Counted from the stretch's first letter, positions 1-16,685 are shown. The stretch is DNA of 64,000 nt from Eledone cirrhosa (GCA_964016885.1 OZ024746.1:10726001-10790000), one strand, 5' to 3'. Notes: generated by a model not told the origin, from the letters alone. Numbers and translations are program-made.

Positions 1-166
1 GTCCCCGGACCATATCGCTTTTCACTTCTATCGGGGCCGAATTGGCCCCCTGCAAGTGCGAACCTCACGAGGTAGAGTGGCCATTCCAGCGCTTCTCCCT
101 GGCCATCCTGTCGACTGGGACGACGATGCGGACTGACTCTTGAACAGTGAGTGGTATATAGAGACC

Positions 167-203
<37 letters not shown>

Positions 204-997
204 AACACAAGCACACACGCACACACACATATACACACCCACTATATATATATATATAAAATAAACAAGAATATCCCCACTTAGAAAGAGCATAACCAAC
301 ATTGAATTAAGAGTTAAAGACAAGTCTGCTGAAGCAGAGCTGACTGGGTCTAATCAGTAACACAACTTTTGGCAGCCATATTTTATGTCAGATTGAACAC
401 ACATGCACACACAAAGTATGCAGCGTTAGTAAAGCTAGATTACTTCAGTGAAATTATCAGATACGAGAAACTACGCCATAAAAGAGTGGTATGAAAATAA
501 TCATGCAGAGGACATTAAAATGTGCATTGACAGAGAGATTTTAGCCAAGCTATCTAACATAGTCATAAAATACTATATATGAAGATATGCTGCATGATTG
601 ATATGTCAGTATTCTGCGGATAAGAATATATGAACAAAATATCACTGAAAGTACAAATATTCCCAGGTAGATGTTGCAAGAGACTGTAGAATTGATACAC
701 TATGTTAATCACTGTTATAATAATATTCAAGTAATACAACCAAATATAGAGACTAAAAATAGTGAAGTCTAATGACATACACTTCAACGTAAAGGTTATA
801 AGAAATATGTCTCCTGGAATGTATTCACATCTTTAGAAGTATTACCGTCTTTAGGAGAAAAATAGGCAGACTGAAATAGATGTAAGTAACACTCCCTTAT
901 AAACCATTCACTCCATTTATTGTTCAACATATAGGCACACTCATATTCACACACTCACACACATACTCGCTCTCACACAGATATATATATGTTTGCG

Positions 998-1073
<76 letters not shown>

Positions 1074-1176
1074 GTAATAATAATAAATTTGAAGACTAAA
1101 ATCCAAAGAGGGCTCGATAAGGATAAATATATATCAAATATATAAGAACCGTAGAGCAAATATTTATTAAAATAAC

Positions 1177-1219
<43 letters not shown>

Positions 1220-1355
1220 AAAAGTAAACAGAAATAACAACACAATCGCTACAGTATATGGAAAAGGTATATTAGGTTAACGCTTGATATAGCAGGAAGA
1301 GGATATATATATACATATATATATATACACGCACACACAGATACCCCCCCCATAT

Positions 1356-1388
<33 letters not shown>

Positions 1389-1484
1389 AATACACACCCC
1401 CTCCCATATATATATATACTGTATATACATAATATATATATATCTTTTTCTATTCCTGCCTTGCCTGTTATTCTTACCACATTC

Positions 1485-1572
<88 letters not shown>

Positions 1573-3099
1573 GTATGGAAGCACATACAGAGAAACACAC
1601 ATCGACAAAAAGGGCAAATTTAATGGCATATGTATATATGCTGTGGGAATATCGCCAATACCAAAGATTAAATATAACACCAAAACAACAACAACAACAA
1701 GACATTAATTGAAATGGCTAGCCAACGACAGTAACAACAACAACAAGAATAACACCAAGAACAACAACAATAGGAATGATGATGATGATGATGATGATGA
1801 GATGACGACGACGATGATGATGATGATATTCATGATGATGTTGATGATAATAATAGTAATAATAATAATAAGAAGAATGTGGATTAAAAGGTTTCAGCTT
1901 CAACTGAATAAGCAAGGGAATGATAAACTAAACAAAGAACTACGTCCCAAAAGACAGCAACACATGGAATATAACTACCATGGTCGAACATGAATCTTGC
2001 AACAATAGAGATCGGTGTATTGTTAAACATGGTGGCAGCAGACACGATCTACAGAACACATTCCGATTTACATATTAAAATATTTTATTCCAGAATAAAG
2101 GAACAATACACAATAGAGACAGAGAATATAGGAAAGAAATATAAAATACTAATGTATATAAAATGCAACAAAGCTATCAGAATAGAAGCAGTGTGAGATA
2201 AAGTATTAAACCTATGAGGAGTCGTGTAATATGAAGTTATGGTTGATGTTGTATGTAACGACCCGCAACTCCTGATGGAATCGCAAGAGTGCTCTATTGA
2301 CATAAGACGTTTCTTGGCCATTTTGTTAAAAGCTGGCGAAGCCCATCTCCGCTCCATCTCAGAATACAGCGGATTTTTTTTACAATGGACAGTGAGTGAG
2401 AGAAAGGAAGTAAGAGATATAGAGAAAGAATCAACCCCAGTACAAGACTGGTACTTTTTTTATCGACCTTGAAAGGATGAAAAGTTGACCTCGGTGGTAT
2501 TTGAACTCAGAGAGGAGAGAGTTGCAATAAACTTTGCAAAGCATTGTATCCGACGTTCTAACAACTCAGTCAATTAGTCGCCTACCGGTGATATTAACAC
2601 TAAAAAAACAAAACAAAACTTCGCAACGCTGGTGGTAATGACATATTTGATACGAATCTGTTTGAATTTAATGAGGAAGAAACCTAAAAATGACAGAGTT
2701 GAAATCATTACATTACACAAAAATAGTGGTGGTAATCACACTACTGGACCACAAGTAAAGAACACATTATATTACTTAGAAAAGACTGTACAAAAAGTCT
2801 GTCAGAAGAAACTGGTGGAGCTGCTTTAGAAGAGCGTTTAAGTGGTATATAACATAGCTATTGAAAAGAGCGAGAGATGTTAGTGAGCGATCGAGAAATA
2901 GAAAGAGTTACGTATCTCTAGCTATCGACTGATGAGATGGGACTGTCTGTATTTTTTTATCTACCTGTCTTCATTCATAACGTTTTATTCATATATATAT
3001 ATATGTTTGTATGCATGTATATGTGTATATATATGTATAAATATATATACACATATACATGTATATATCGAAAGAGAGAGGGAGAGAAAGAGAGAGAGA

Positions 3100-3224
<125 letters not shown>

Positions 3225-3972
3225 CTAGAATAAAATGCTATATTTAATAATTTAATATCTCAACCAGTAACCTATGCCACCTGAAAATGTTAGAAAAAGA
3301 AGTGTTTCACGGACGGAACAAGTTACTTTCAGAAATTCTCAACGATTAAATATTCTCTACACGATCAAATTCCAAATATTGACAATATGAAGGAATCGTC
3401 AAATACTTTTAATGGATGTGTAATGGAATATACTGACAGTATTAGTAGAATTTATGTAACAGCAACATCAAAGATAACGACAAAGAAATGACCCGCAGAA
3501 TTTAAGAGCATTAAGAAAAAAAAAATGAAGACTAACACAGAAAGAATAAGAAACTGTACAGGTAATAGGATATTGAAATATTTCTAACATAAAATAGCAC
3601 AAACGCTTTATAGTTAATTTCTGCAGTTAATTTAATGGTGGTGGTGGGGTGGGGTTAGCGTGAAACGAAAAGAAATGAAGTATAAGTAGAATAAGTTATA
3701 GTAAAAGAGAAGACTGGAAGTAAACATGATATTCTGATGGAAGATTTTAGCAGAATTGTATGATGGAATTGTTGTGACTGGAAATATGCTAAAGAAATCT
3801 TTGAAAGAAATTAAAAAAGAAATTAACACAAAGGAAAAAGGAGAAAAATATTGTTCATTTTCCTGACATTTGTACATTATTCTATGGACTATACATGCAC
3901 ATTTGATGAGTTGTAGTGCACATGAGCACTGTACACAATAATTTCATTATTATTATTATTATTATTATTATT

Positions 3973-4947
3973 TTCCTGGGTCAAGCGAAGACCGAGAGGG
4001 AGCGCTTGGAGACTGGAATGTCTTCAGGCGCTCACAGCCCTCGACCAATCGGTGGAAACTCCACCTCGGCGTTCTATAGAGGATTAGTGGAGGGGAAGAG
4101 CGACGACGTACTTGGGGAAACTCTAGGCCTCGACGAAAATCAACTGCCAATCTCTTCGGAAGAACTTTCGGGCCGGGGCCTATGGAAAACTTCCAGAAAT
4201 CCCTGGCCTGGCAGTGCTACCGGGGAGCCTTGCCAGTTCGGGATAAACTCTACAGGCATGGAGGTGCGGTCAGCCGGGCATGTCCGAGATGCGCGCAGGG
4301 CGACGAAACCGTCCTGCACGCACTCGTCCAGTGTCCGAGAATTGCTGACTTATGGGTTTATGTCGAACACCTGCTGTCACGTGTAGGACGGATCCGGCTA
4401 TCATCTGAGTCCATCGTGAGGATTGCCCCGCCCTCTTCCTTTAGCCGGGAAGGGCAGGGGCAGTTTTTATCTGTCTGGTGGCCATGGCGAAAGAGATAGT
4501 ATGGTGGACACGTTTGAAAGGGCTGAAGACGAGCACTTACCTCTTCGGTGATGCCCTGATTAACTTTTTCAAATTTCATTTGAAAAGGAAAATCAGAGTA
4601 GAGAGGGAAGTGCTCTCTTCTCAGCATTTTGTTGAAAGATGGGTGAGAGAAGCAAGAATGGCCCGAGTGAATGGGCTTACTCTGAGTATGTATCTGTAAA
4701 TTAAAGGTGGAAAACTGGAAGAGGGCACTTGCCTTGGTGGTCAGGGTCACTGTGGCTTTTTATTGGGATTTCTCCACAAATGTCCCTCCGAAGTCTTCCC
4801 CCTATTGGAGAATCTTTCATTGTTATTTTTTGTTACATACTCTGTTTTGGTTTTTTACACGCAGAAATGCCCATTTGTACCGTCCTGTATTGTCCTGCAC
4901 TGTCCTTAATGTCTACTTTATGTAAACCCTTGTGGTTAATAAAGAAA

Positions 4948-4949
<2 letters not shown>
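3973..4949 (+). mobile_element. 5'-truncated Tx1/L1-clade non-LTR retrotransposon (ORF2 C-terminus with zf-RVT, frameshifted, plus 3'UTR)
   Basis: ORF 4182-4499 reads AWQCYRGALPVRDKL..CPRC..ETVLHALVQC (zf-RVT-type CCHC) and continues in another frame to a stop at 4699. AATAAA then an (ATT)n tail; (ATT)n also flanks the 5' end. Confidence 0.8.
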
Positions 4950-4982
<33 letters not shown>

Positions 4983-4987
4983 GTTAT

Positions 4988-5635
4988 TCCTTGAATCTCA
5001 GTCATTGATGTTGGTTAACTGGAAAGTCCGTTGGATTGAATATCAAGCCACTACCTGCAGCCTCAGATATTCAGGACGTATCGGAGGGTTCTTGCCGTTC
5101 CAAGCAAGCATGCCTTTTGAAGCGTTCCAAAAAGCGTGAAGGGGCCGATTTTCTTTAACCATCCCTGGAAACCTTTGGAGATAGTCCCCAGTGCGCCTAT
5201 GACAATCGGGATCACTTTGACTTCATGGCAGTTCCAAATCCTTTTCACCTCCCACTTTAGGTCCTGGTATCGGTTAATTTTCTCCCTCTCCTTCTCTTGC
5301 ACTCTCGTGTCGAACGGGCAGGCCACATCCACAATCAGGCACGATCTTTTTTCTTTGTCCACAACCACCAGGTCAGGTCTATTGTGTTCCAGTTTTTTGT
5401 CCGTCTGTATCCTAAAATCCCACAGCACCTTCACCTGACTGTTCTCCATCACCGCCTCTGGCCTATGCTCATACCATTTCTCAGAATGTGGTAGATTGTT
5501 TACTTTGCACAGGTGCCAGTGGATCACCCTGCCCATCACATCGTGTCTCCAGCCCTTATAGTGGGTCTGGGCTAGGTGTTTACACTCGGACACAATGTGA
5601 GCCACAGTCTCCTCTCTCTCTCCACAGATCCTGCA

Positions 5636-5637
<2 letters not shown>
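4988..5637 (-). mobile_element. 5'-truncated R4/Dong-type RLE non-LTR retrotransposon, family 1 copy a
   Basis: CRICG..ETVAHIVSEC zinc knuckle, RHD motif, RPDL..D..K..Y restriction-like endonuclease; flanked by (TAA)n on both sides. Confidence 0.85.
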
Positions 5638-5702
<65 letters not shown>

Positions 5703-5704
<2 letters not shown>

Positions 5705-7191
5705 AGCTGCATTTATCTTGCTTTATGTTCATACGAGTTATCACCAAGTCACAACCAGTGACCTCAAGAGACAACAAGGTCCGCCATGTTCAAGAAAGAA
5801 CATACACACTCACACATGCATCTTTAGTGTTTAGACTTGTGATGTACTTATATTGACAGAATCTTCCTTAGTATATGGGCAGTTCCCATCAGTACTATCT
5901 TTTGTATTTCTCCTATACGCGGGTTTCCTGGGATTTGCGATAAGTAATCATTAGACCCCTTAGGTATCATTCCTAGAGCACCTACAACCACTGGTATTGT
6001 TTTAGTTCTCAATTTCCACATTTTTCTAATTTCTATCTCCAGGTCCTTATACTTGCTCAATTTTTCAAATGTTTTTATAGATACATTCTTGTCTATTAGA
6101 ACGGACATATCAATTAGCAGGCATACCCTCTTTTTAAAGTCCTTCAATATTATATCAGGTCTATTTGCATCTATTTTTCGGTCTGTTTGGATGCTAAAGT
6201 TCCACAAGATTGAGATGTGATCTTTTTCAAGTATGGGAGGTGGTTGATGCTCCCACCAATTCTTTTGATGGGGCAGGTCAAAATGTTTACACATTATCCA
6301 ATGTATGTATTGTGCAGCTCTGTCATGCCTGTTTAGGTATTCGGTTGGAGCTATAGGACTGCACATTGAAATTATATGGTCAATGGTCTCTGGTTGTTTT
6401 TTTACATACATGGCATAATGGGCTGCATCCATTTTTTATTATGTTGGCTTGGTAATTTTTTGTTGGCAGACACTGATCTTGTGCTGATATAATCAGTCCT
6501 TCAGTCTCCGATTTCAGTCCAGAGGATGCCAACCACTGATGGGTTAAAGTTTTGTCAACATCAGGATTGTTAGCTCGTTCTGGGTATTTTCCATACAGAG
6601 GCTTTTCTTGCCATTTCTTAGCCAGTTTCTGTAGCAGTTCTTCCTTTGCAGTTACTTTTACCTGCTTTGCTTTTTCTGTGTTTTCCATTTCAGCAGTAAA
6701 TGGGACTTCTGAAATGTGTAGTCCATTACTGTATCTTTGTGCATCTTTTGTAATGGAGTATGATCTTTTGATGCTTTCGTGTTTCAAAACGAGTTTGATC
6801 ATCCAATCATGTGATTCCCTTAGATATGTAGATAATCCAATTGTTGCAGTTTTCAACGCAATGTCTAACTGGATTAACCCACGTCCTCCTTCTTTCCTAG
6901 GGAGATATATTCTATCTGTATCTGCATTAGGGTGATGCATTCTGTGCATGGTTAAGAATTTTCGAATTTTTGTATCGAGCCTACGGATCTCTGTGCTTGA
7001 CCAGTTGATGACATTGTAACTGTAGGTTACTACTGGTATGGCAAGCGTGTTTATGGCATCGATCCTATTCCTTGCATTCAATTCCGTTCTTAAGATTGCT
7101 CTTACTCTGCGGTAGCATTCCTTCCTTATCCTTTCCCTCATTGTCGAGTGCTTGATTCCGTCTCCTTCACAAACACCTAGATATTTGTAAG

Positions 7192-7195
<4 letters not shown>
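5703..7195 (-). mobile_element. 5'-truncated R4/Dong-type RLE retrotransposon, family 2 (RT C-terminus, zinc knuckle, RLE; one frameshift)
   Basis: ORFs 6380-7267 (YKYLG..GGRGL..AQDQ..C..C) and 5848-6432 (ETIDHIISMC, RHD, RPDI..D..K..KY); flanked by (TAA)n. Confidence 0.88.
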
Positions 7196-7241
<46 letters not shown>

Positions 7242-7247
7242 GTTATT

Positions 7248-8073
7248 ACTCTTTGAGTCTCAGTCATTGATGTTAGTTAACTGGAAAGTTTGTTGAGATG
7301 AATATCAAGCCACTACCTGCAGCCTCAGATATTCAGGACGTATCGGAGGGTTCTTGCTGTTCCCAGCAAGCATGCCTTTTGAAGCGTTCCAAAAAGCGTG
7401 AAGGGGCCAATTTTCTTTAACCATCCCTTGAAACTTTTTGAGATAGCCCTTAGTGCGCCTATGACAATCGGGATCACTTTGACTTCATGGCAGTTCCAAA
7501 TCCTTTTTACCTCCCACTTTAAGTCCTGGTATCGGTTAATTTTCTCCCTCTCCTTCTCTTGCACTCTCGTGTCGAATGGGCAGGCCACATCCACAATCAG
7601 GCACGATCTTTTTTCTTTGTCCAAAACCACCAGGTCAGGTCTATTGTGTTCCAGTTTCTTGTCCGTCTGTATCCTAAAATCCCACAGCACCTTCACCTGA
7701 TCGTTTTCTAAGCCTCTGGCTTATGCTCATACCACTTCTCAGAATGTGGTAAATTGTTTACTTTGCATAGGTGCCAGTGGATCACCCTGCCCATCACATC
7801 ATGTCTCCAGCCCTTATAGTGAGTCTGGGCTAGGTGTTTACACTCGGATACAATGTGAGCCACAGTCTCCTCTCTCTCTCTCCACAGATCCTGCACAGTG
7901 GGCTAGCCCCCCTCCTTGTAAATGTGGTGTTTCAACCACTTCGTTTTGAGGGCCTGCTCCTGCGCAGCCATTAACATTCCTTCTGTAGCCTTTTTAAGGT
8001 CTCCTCTTTTCAACCAATTCCATGTCTGTGGATCTCTAAATTCAGTTTTCTCAAAGAAGGTACTATGAAGGGA

Positions 8074-8078
<5 letters not shown>
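7248..8078 (-). mobile_element. 5'-truncated R4/Dong-type RLE retrotransposon, family 1 copy b
   Basis: Near-identical to 4988-5637 including the 3'UTR; extends further 5' (WLKRGDLKKATEGMLMAAQEQAL..CRICG); frameshifted; (TAA)n flanks. Confidence 0.85.
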
Positions 8079-8152
<74 letters not shown>

Positions 8153-9238
8153 ACAGGAGATATATAATATTAAGTGAAGACATGTTCTCAATGGTTAACC
8201 CAGTCAACACAAAACATTGCTCTCGTAAAAACGAAACATTTCTTAAAAAACCCTCAGTATGAAATTCAAGTAGAAGTTGCTCCAGGTAACTCGTAGAAAA
8301 ACACGCTAACATGACACACAGGGTCATACACCATAATTGTGATACTGAATGGTCGACATCATAAGGAAATATTCTATTCAAGTAAGTAGTAGTAATAACA
8401 GACACGAAATAATAAGTTATTGATATGTTGAACTAGAAAGTTCTTCGGTCACCACTCCCATACATAGACAAATGTAAATACCTGAATAACTCAAAAGCAA
8501 TTTGATTGGATATCAAAAGTAAGAACTACCTTAATTATAATTTTTAACATTTAAAAGTAATTTATTATGAAATATAGAAGCAAAGGCCAAGTAGTTGAAA
8601 TTTGCTGGATATCAAATGGTTGACATTTCAGTTGATTTGACCAACAGGCGTCTTTGTGATTAACACATATAATCATTTCTAGCGAATAAATTATTAATAG
8701 GCGAACATAAAAGAAACAGGAAGAAAAGTTGAAGTACAAAAGACCATCTATCAATATACAAACGTCGCAGGAGAAAATAAAACTTCTGATGCAAATACTG
8801 GCGTGAACACCTTTAATCATAGGTTCAGTTAATCAGGACTGACTTGGGAATACAACATCATCTCTCGTGAGAAATGTTACACAGCAACTAACACATCTAT
8901 AATTGTTCACAAATCTACCATTGATTTCAAGAAATCAGATGATATGGTTCTATACACTAGAATTATTGAAATATTCAAGATGTTTGATATTTCCAACAAC
9001 TAAATCATGAATTACGTCAAATTGGAAAAGCAATTTATATACAAAATACTATAATGTTGGGTATGTAGAGGAATATTTGAGAAAACACATCTTTGTCAAT
9101 TCTTTGTAACATTGATTTAATTCTATCCTCAATGACACTGTATAATGTTGGGGTTTGGTATAAACTTTTAAAAAATATCAACTGTTCCTTTCTTACATAA
9201 CCACCGCAACTATATCTCAAATAACTATATCCTGCATT

Positions 9239-12200
9239 AGGATATAGTTATTTGAGATATAGTTATTTGGTTTGGGATATAGTATATGGGAGATACAGTT
9301 ATGGGGGATATAGTTATTTGAGATATAGTTATGGGGGATATAGATATGGGGGATATAGTTATTTGGGAGATATAGTTATGGAGGATATAGTTATTTAGGA
9401 TATAGTTATAGGGGATATAGTTATGGGGGATATAGTTATTTGGGATATAGTTATTTGGGATATAGTTATGGGGGATATAGTTATTTAGGAGATATAGTTA
9501 TTTAGGATATAGTTATGGGGGGTATAGTTATTTGGGATATAATTATGGGGGATATAGTTATGGGGGATATAGTTATGGGGGATATAGTTATTTGGGATAT
9601 AGTTATGGGAGATATAGTTATTTGAGATATAGTTATTTGGGATATAGTTATTTGGGATATAGTTATGGGAGATATAGTTATGGGGGATATAGTTATGGGA
9701 GATATAGTTATGGGGGATATAGTTATGGGAGATATAGTTATGGGGGATATAGTTATGGGAGATATAGTTATTTGGGATATAGTTATGGGGGATATAGTTA
9801 TGGGGGATATAGTTATGGGGGATATAGTTATGGGAGATATAGTTATGGGGGATATAGTTATGGGAGATATAGTTATAAGGGATATAGTTATGGGGGATAT
9901 AGTTATGGGGGATATAGTTATGGGGGATATAGTTATGGGGGATATAGTTATGGGAGATATAGTTATTTGGGATATAGTTATGGGGGATATAGTTATGGGA
10001 GATATAGTTATGGGGGATATAGTTATGGGGGATATAGTTATGAGGGATATAGTTATGAGGGATATAGTTATGGGAGATATAGTTATGGGAGATATAGTTA
10101 TGGGAGATATAGTTATGGGAGATATAGTTATGGGAGATATAGTTATAAGGGATATAGTTATTTGGGATATAGTTATGGGAGATATAGTTATTTGGGATAT
10201 AGTTATGGGGGATATAGTTATGGGGGATATAGTTATGGGGGATATAGTTATGGGAGATATAGTTATGGGAGATATAGTTATGGGAGATATAGTTATGGGA
10301 GATATAGTTATTTGGGATATAGTTATGGGAGATATAGTTATGGGGGATATAGTTATGGGGGATATAGTTATGGGAGATATAGTTATGGGGGTTATAGTTA
10401 TGGGAGATATAGTTATGGGGGATATAGTTATGGGAGATATAGTTATGGGGGATATAGTTATGGGGGATATAGTTATGGGGGATATAGTTATGGGAGATAT
10501 AGTTATGGGGGATATAGTTATGGGAGATATAGTTATGGGAGATATAGTTATTTGGGATATAGTTATGGGAGATATAGTTATGGGAGATATAGTTATGGGG
10601 GATATAGTTATGGGGGATATAGTTATGGGGGATATAGTTATGGGAGATATAGTTATGGGAGATATAGTTATGGGGGATATAGTTATGGGGGATATAGTTA
10701 TGGGGGATATAGTTATGGGAGATATAGTTATGGGGGATATAGTTATGGGGGATATAGTTATGGGGGATATAGTTATGGGAGATATAGTTATGGGGGATAT
10801 AGTTATTTGGGATATAGTTATGGGGGATATAGTTATGGGAGATATAGTTATGGGAGATATAGTTATGGGAGATATAGTTATGGGAGATATAGTTATGGGA
10901 GATATAGTTATGGGAGATATAGTTATGGGGGATATAGTTATGGGGGATATAGTTATGGGGGATATAGTTATGGGGGATATAGTTATGGGAGATATAGTTA
11001 TGGGGGATATAGTTATGGGGGATATAGTTATGGGGGATATAGTTATGGGAGATATAGTTATGGGGGATATAGTTATGGGAGATATAGTTATGGGAGATAT
11101 AGTTATGGGAGATATAGTTATGGGAGATATAGTTATTTGGGATATAGTTATGGGGGATATAGTTATGGGGGATATAGTTATGGGGGATATAGTTATGGGA
11201 GATATAGTTATGGGAGATATAGTTATGGGGGATATAGTTATGGGGGATATAGTTATTTGGGATATAGTTATGGGGGATATAGTTATGGGAGATATAGTTA
11301 TGGGAGATATAGTTATGGGAGATATAGTTATGGGAGATATAGTTATTTGGGATATAGTTATGGGGGATATAGTTATGGGAGATATAGTTATGGGAGATAT
11401 AGTTATGGGGGATATAGTTATGGGGGATATAGTTATTTGGGATATAGTTATGGGGGATATAGTTATGGGAGATATAGTTATGGGAGATATAGTTATGGGG
11501 GATATAGTTATGGGAGATATAGTTATGGGAGATATAGTTATGGGGGATATAGTTATGGGGGATATAGTTATGGGGGATATAGTTATGGGGGATATAGTTA
11601 TGGGGGATATAGTTATGGGAGATATAGTTATGGGAGATATAGTTATGGGGGATATAGTTATGGGAGATATAGTTATGGGAGATATAGTTATGGGGGGATA
11701 TAGTTATGGGGGATATAGTTATGGGGGATATAGTTATGGGAGATATAGTTATGGGGGATATAGTTATGGGGGATATAGTTATGGGGGATATTAGTTATGG
11801 GAGATATAGTTATGGGGGATATAGTTATGGGGAGATATAGTTATGGGGGATATAGTTATGGGAGATATAGTTATGGGAGATATAGTTATGGGGGATATAG
11901 TTATGGGGGATATAGTTATGGGGGATATAGTTATGGGAGATATAGTTATGGGGGATATTAGTTATGGGGGATATAGTTATGGGGAGATATAGTTATGGGA
12001 GATTTAGTTATGGGGGATATAGTTATGGGAGATATAGTTATGGGGGATATAGTTATGGGAGATATAGTTATGGGAGATATAGTTATGGGAGATATAGTTA
12101 TGGGGGGATATAGTTATGGGGGATATAGTTATGGGAGATATAGTTATGGGAGATATAGTTATGGGAGATTTAGTTATGGGGGATATAGTTATGGGTGATA

Positions 12201-12554
12201 TAGTTATGGGGGGATATAGTTATGGGAGATATAGTTATGGGAGATATAGTTATGGAGATATAGTTATGGAGGATATAGTTATGGGAGATATAGTTATGGG
12301 GGATATAGTTATGGGAGATATAGTTATGGGAGATATAGTTATGGGAGATATAGTTATGGGAGATATAGTTATGGGAGATATAGTTATGGGGGATATAGTT
12401 ATGGGGGATATAGTTATGGGGGATATAGTTAGGGGGGATATAGTTATGGGAGATATAGTTATGGGGGATATAGTTATGGGGGATATAGTTATGGGGGATA
12501 TAGTTAGGGGGGATATAGTTATGGGAGATATAGTTAGGGGGGATATAGTTATTT
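9239..12554 (+). repeat. 15-bp G-rich minisatellite (GATATAGTTATGGG[G/A])n, about 220 units
   Basis: Direct reading; essentially indel-free core about 9530-11690; begins as the right arm of a 26-bp inverted repeat (9208-9233 / 9239-9264). Confidence 0.97.
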
Positions 12555-12894
12555 GTCACTAACCGTTCGATCTGTCAGGGACTGGAATGACTCTTTGTGA
12601 CATTAATTAATCTGCTCGGAACCAATTTTCATTTCTTTGTCCAGCTAAATATTTTGTTGGTAGGAAACTGTAAGAACTTTAACCGAGACCCCGGGTAGAC
12701 CTCCACCTGGGATTAATCAAGGTGTCTTAAAGATCACTACCTTAGTCGATGTTACCATCATCGTCGTCGTAATCATCCTCATTGTCATCATTGTGGTAGT
12801 GGTGGTGGTGGTGGCGGTCCTCCTCCTCCTCCTGCTTCTACTCCTCCACTTCTTGCGCCACCTCCCTTCGTTGTCACCCATTCCTGTCATTTTT

Positions 12895-13370
<476 letters not shown>

Positions 13371-13555
13371 TGGAATATCACAATATATGTGTGGTTTATT
13401 ACTGTTGACAGATCAACATGAATTGTGACATTAACTCTGAAGAGACCTTATCACTGAAACTGTAGCCATGGCAGCAGCTGGCAGTCGTTGACAACTGATG
13501 GCTGCCCTTGTCAGAGAGGTCTACAGTGATATATTGGGTATATGTCTCTATAGTA

Positions 13556-13594
<39 letters not shown>

Positions 13595-13611
13595 GTATGT
13601 ATGCATATATA

Positions 13612-13660
<49 letters not shown>

Positions 13661-14024
13661 ACTATAGAAACATATACCCAGATATACATATATACATATA
13701 TATATATATTTAAGAGAGTTGATGCAGCTATGCCATTATACACTCATCAAAGGTCAGCTAAGGATATAAAACCTGCAGCAGAGTATGTTTACAACCACCT
13801 TCTCAAACATCCTTGTCTTGCGACCTCATCATTTCTGAGTTTAAATATGTGTGTGTGTATGTGTGTGTGTGTGTGTGTATGTGCGTGTGTGTGTGTGTGT
13901 GTATGTATGATTTAATTCCTCCAAATCTTCATCATCATCAACACTCATTAACACCACACCCCACACCCCAGACACATCCAAATCTCTCTTATATATATAT
14001 CACACATCTCAACACAACCTCATC

Positions 14025-15285
<1,261 letters not shown>

Positions 15286-15295
15286 AATATATATA

Positions 15296-15328
<33 letters not shown>

Positions 15329-15329
<1 letters not shown>

Positions 15330-15576
15330 AAGGCGCATGGCTTAGTGGTTAGATCATTGGGCTTGCAATCGAAAGGTTGTGAGTTCAATTCTCGGAGCGG
15401 GTGATGCATTGTTTCCTTGAGCAAGACACTTTATTTCACGTTGCTCCAGTTTAGTCAGCTGTAGAAATGAGTACCGGCCTGCCCGCCCAGCCAGTGGGAT
15501 GGCGTTATCTTATGGCTAAAACAGCACGACGTGCTGTGACCAGCGGCGCCGAATGGACGCCAGACAGGTGATCAAG
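15329..15576 (+). mobile_element. tRNA-derived SINE, family 2 (CORE-like body)
   Basis: A-box TGGCTTAGTGG, B-box GAGTTCAATTC, body CCTTGAGCAAGACACTTTATTTCACGTTGCTCCAG; second copy at 47101-47241 (-). Confidence 0.8.
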
Positions 15577-15756
15577 GTGATATACATATATATATATATA
15601 TATACACACACATATATATATATATATATGTATATATATAGATAGATATATACATAAATACTGATTATATACTGATAATGATTATATACATATGCATATA
15701 TACGTATATATATGTATATAATCATTATACATATAGGCGAGCGTTTATATGTATGA

Positions 15757-15832
<76 letters not shown>

Positions 15833-16329
15833 GTGTGTATATGTCAGTATCTCTATCTGTGTATGCATATATTATATACATGCACACACATGTTCATGTC
15901 ATGATTCCGCCATGTTTGCAGATGTTATCAGTCTCATTACTCATTAATAATGACTCATTATTAATTAAAATTCCGTTCAGTGTCATACGCCCGTGTTATC
16001 TAAAATAACTCTCAAGGTCAGCTGATGATGTACAAGGTCAGCAGTAGACATGCCAGTCAAACGTCAGCAAGTATAAAGGATTGATTGAGTATACCTCTGG
16101 AGTAGCAATCTTGTGCATATGTATATATATGTCTAGATGTGTATATGTGTCTACATGTGTATATATATGTCGAGCTTTGAACTTATGCCATTTGACCCTC
16201 ATAGAGACCCTCGTGGAGATCAGAGATTCTTATCCGCTTATTGATTCTGTGAGAATATTTGTGATTATATTGGGTTGCCATATTGATTTGGGTTCGATTA
16301 AGAAACAAAAATGTTAATAGCGAATAAAG

Positions 16330-16685
16330 AAGAACATAATGAGACAGATGGACAAAAAGATTATTAGTGCAACTGTCGAATTAAACAACAACAACATCAA
16401 AACAAAAGAAGCTTGATATTATTTAATACTGCCCTGGGGTAACAAATATTCAATAGAATGAAAACATCCATGGACCATGGCTGGAGAGTAGTTTATAAAT
16501 CCCGAACTCAAAATATATTATCAGCATTATATCCATAATTATTGGAAGGAAAAGATATGTATACAACACCGGCTGATGTTTACTTTTTAGGAAAAACGTA
16601 GCTGAACAATTCATACCAATTCATACACTAAAGATAACGCCGATATCTAGGACAACAAACATCTGCAAGATCCTCTTAAGACTTA
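16330..16685 (+). pseudogene. Highly degraded RLE-type retrotransposon 3' relic
   Basis: Weak similarity to the Dong C-terminus (ISIIIG.. and ..LGTTNICKILL-like) with stops and frameshifts. Confidence 0.3.

Noticed and set aside
1-150. GC-rich open frame ending ...GHPVDWDDDAD-stop
   Set aside because: Cut by the window edge; cannot tell exon from transposon fragment.
2085-2357. Minus-strand ORF MERRWASPAFNK...
   Set aside because: Protein-like composition but no recognisable domain or convincing splice sites.
2632-2850. Possible Tc1/mariner transposase N-terminal relic
   Set aside because: Similarity too weak and no TIRs seen.
9665-11794. 709-aa (MGDIV)n ORF
   Set aside because: By-product of a 15-bp stop-free repeat frame.
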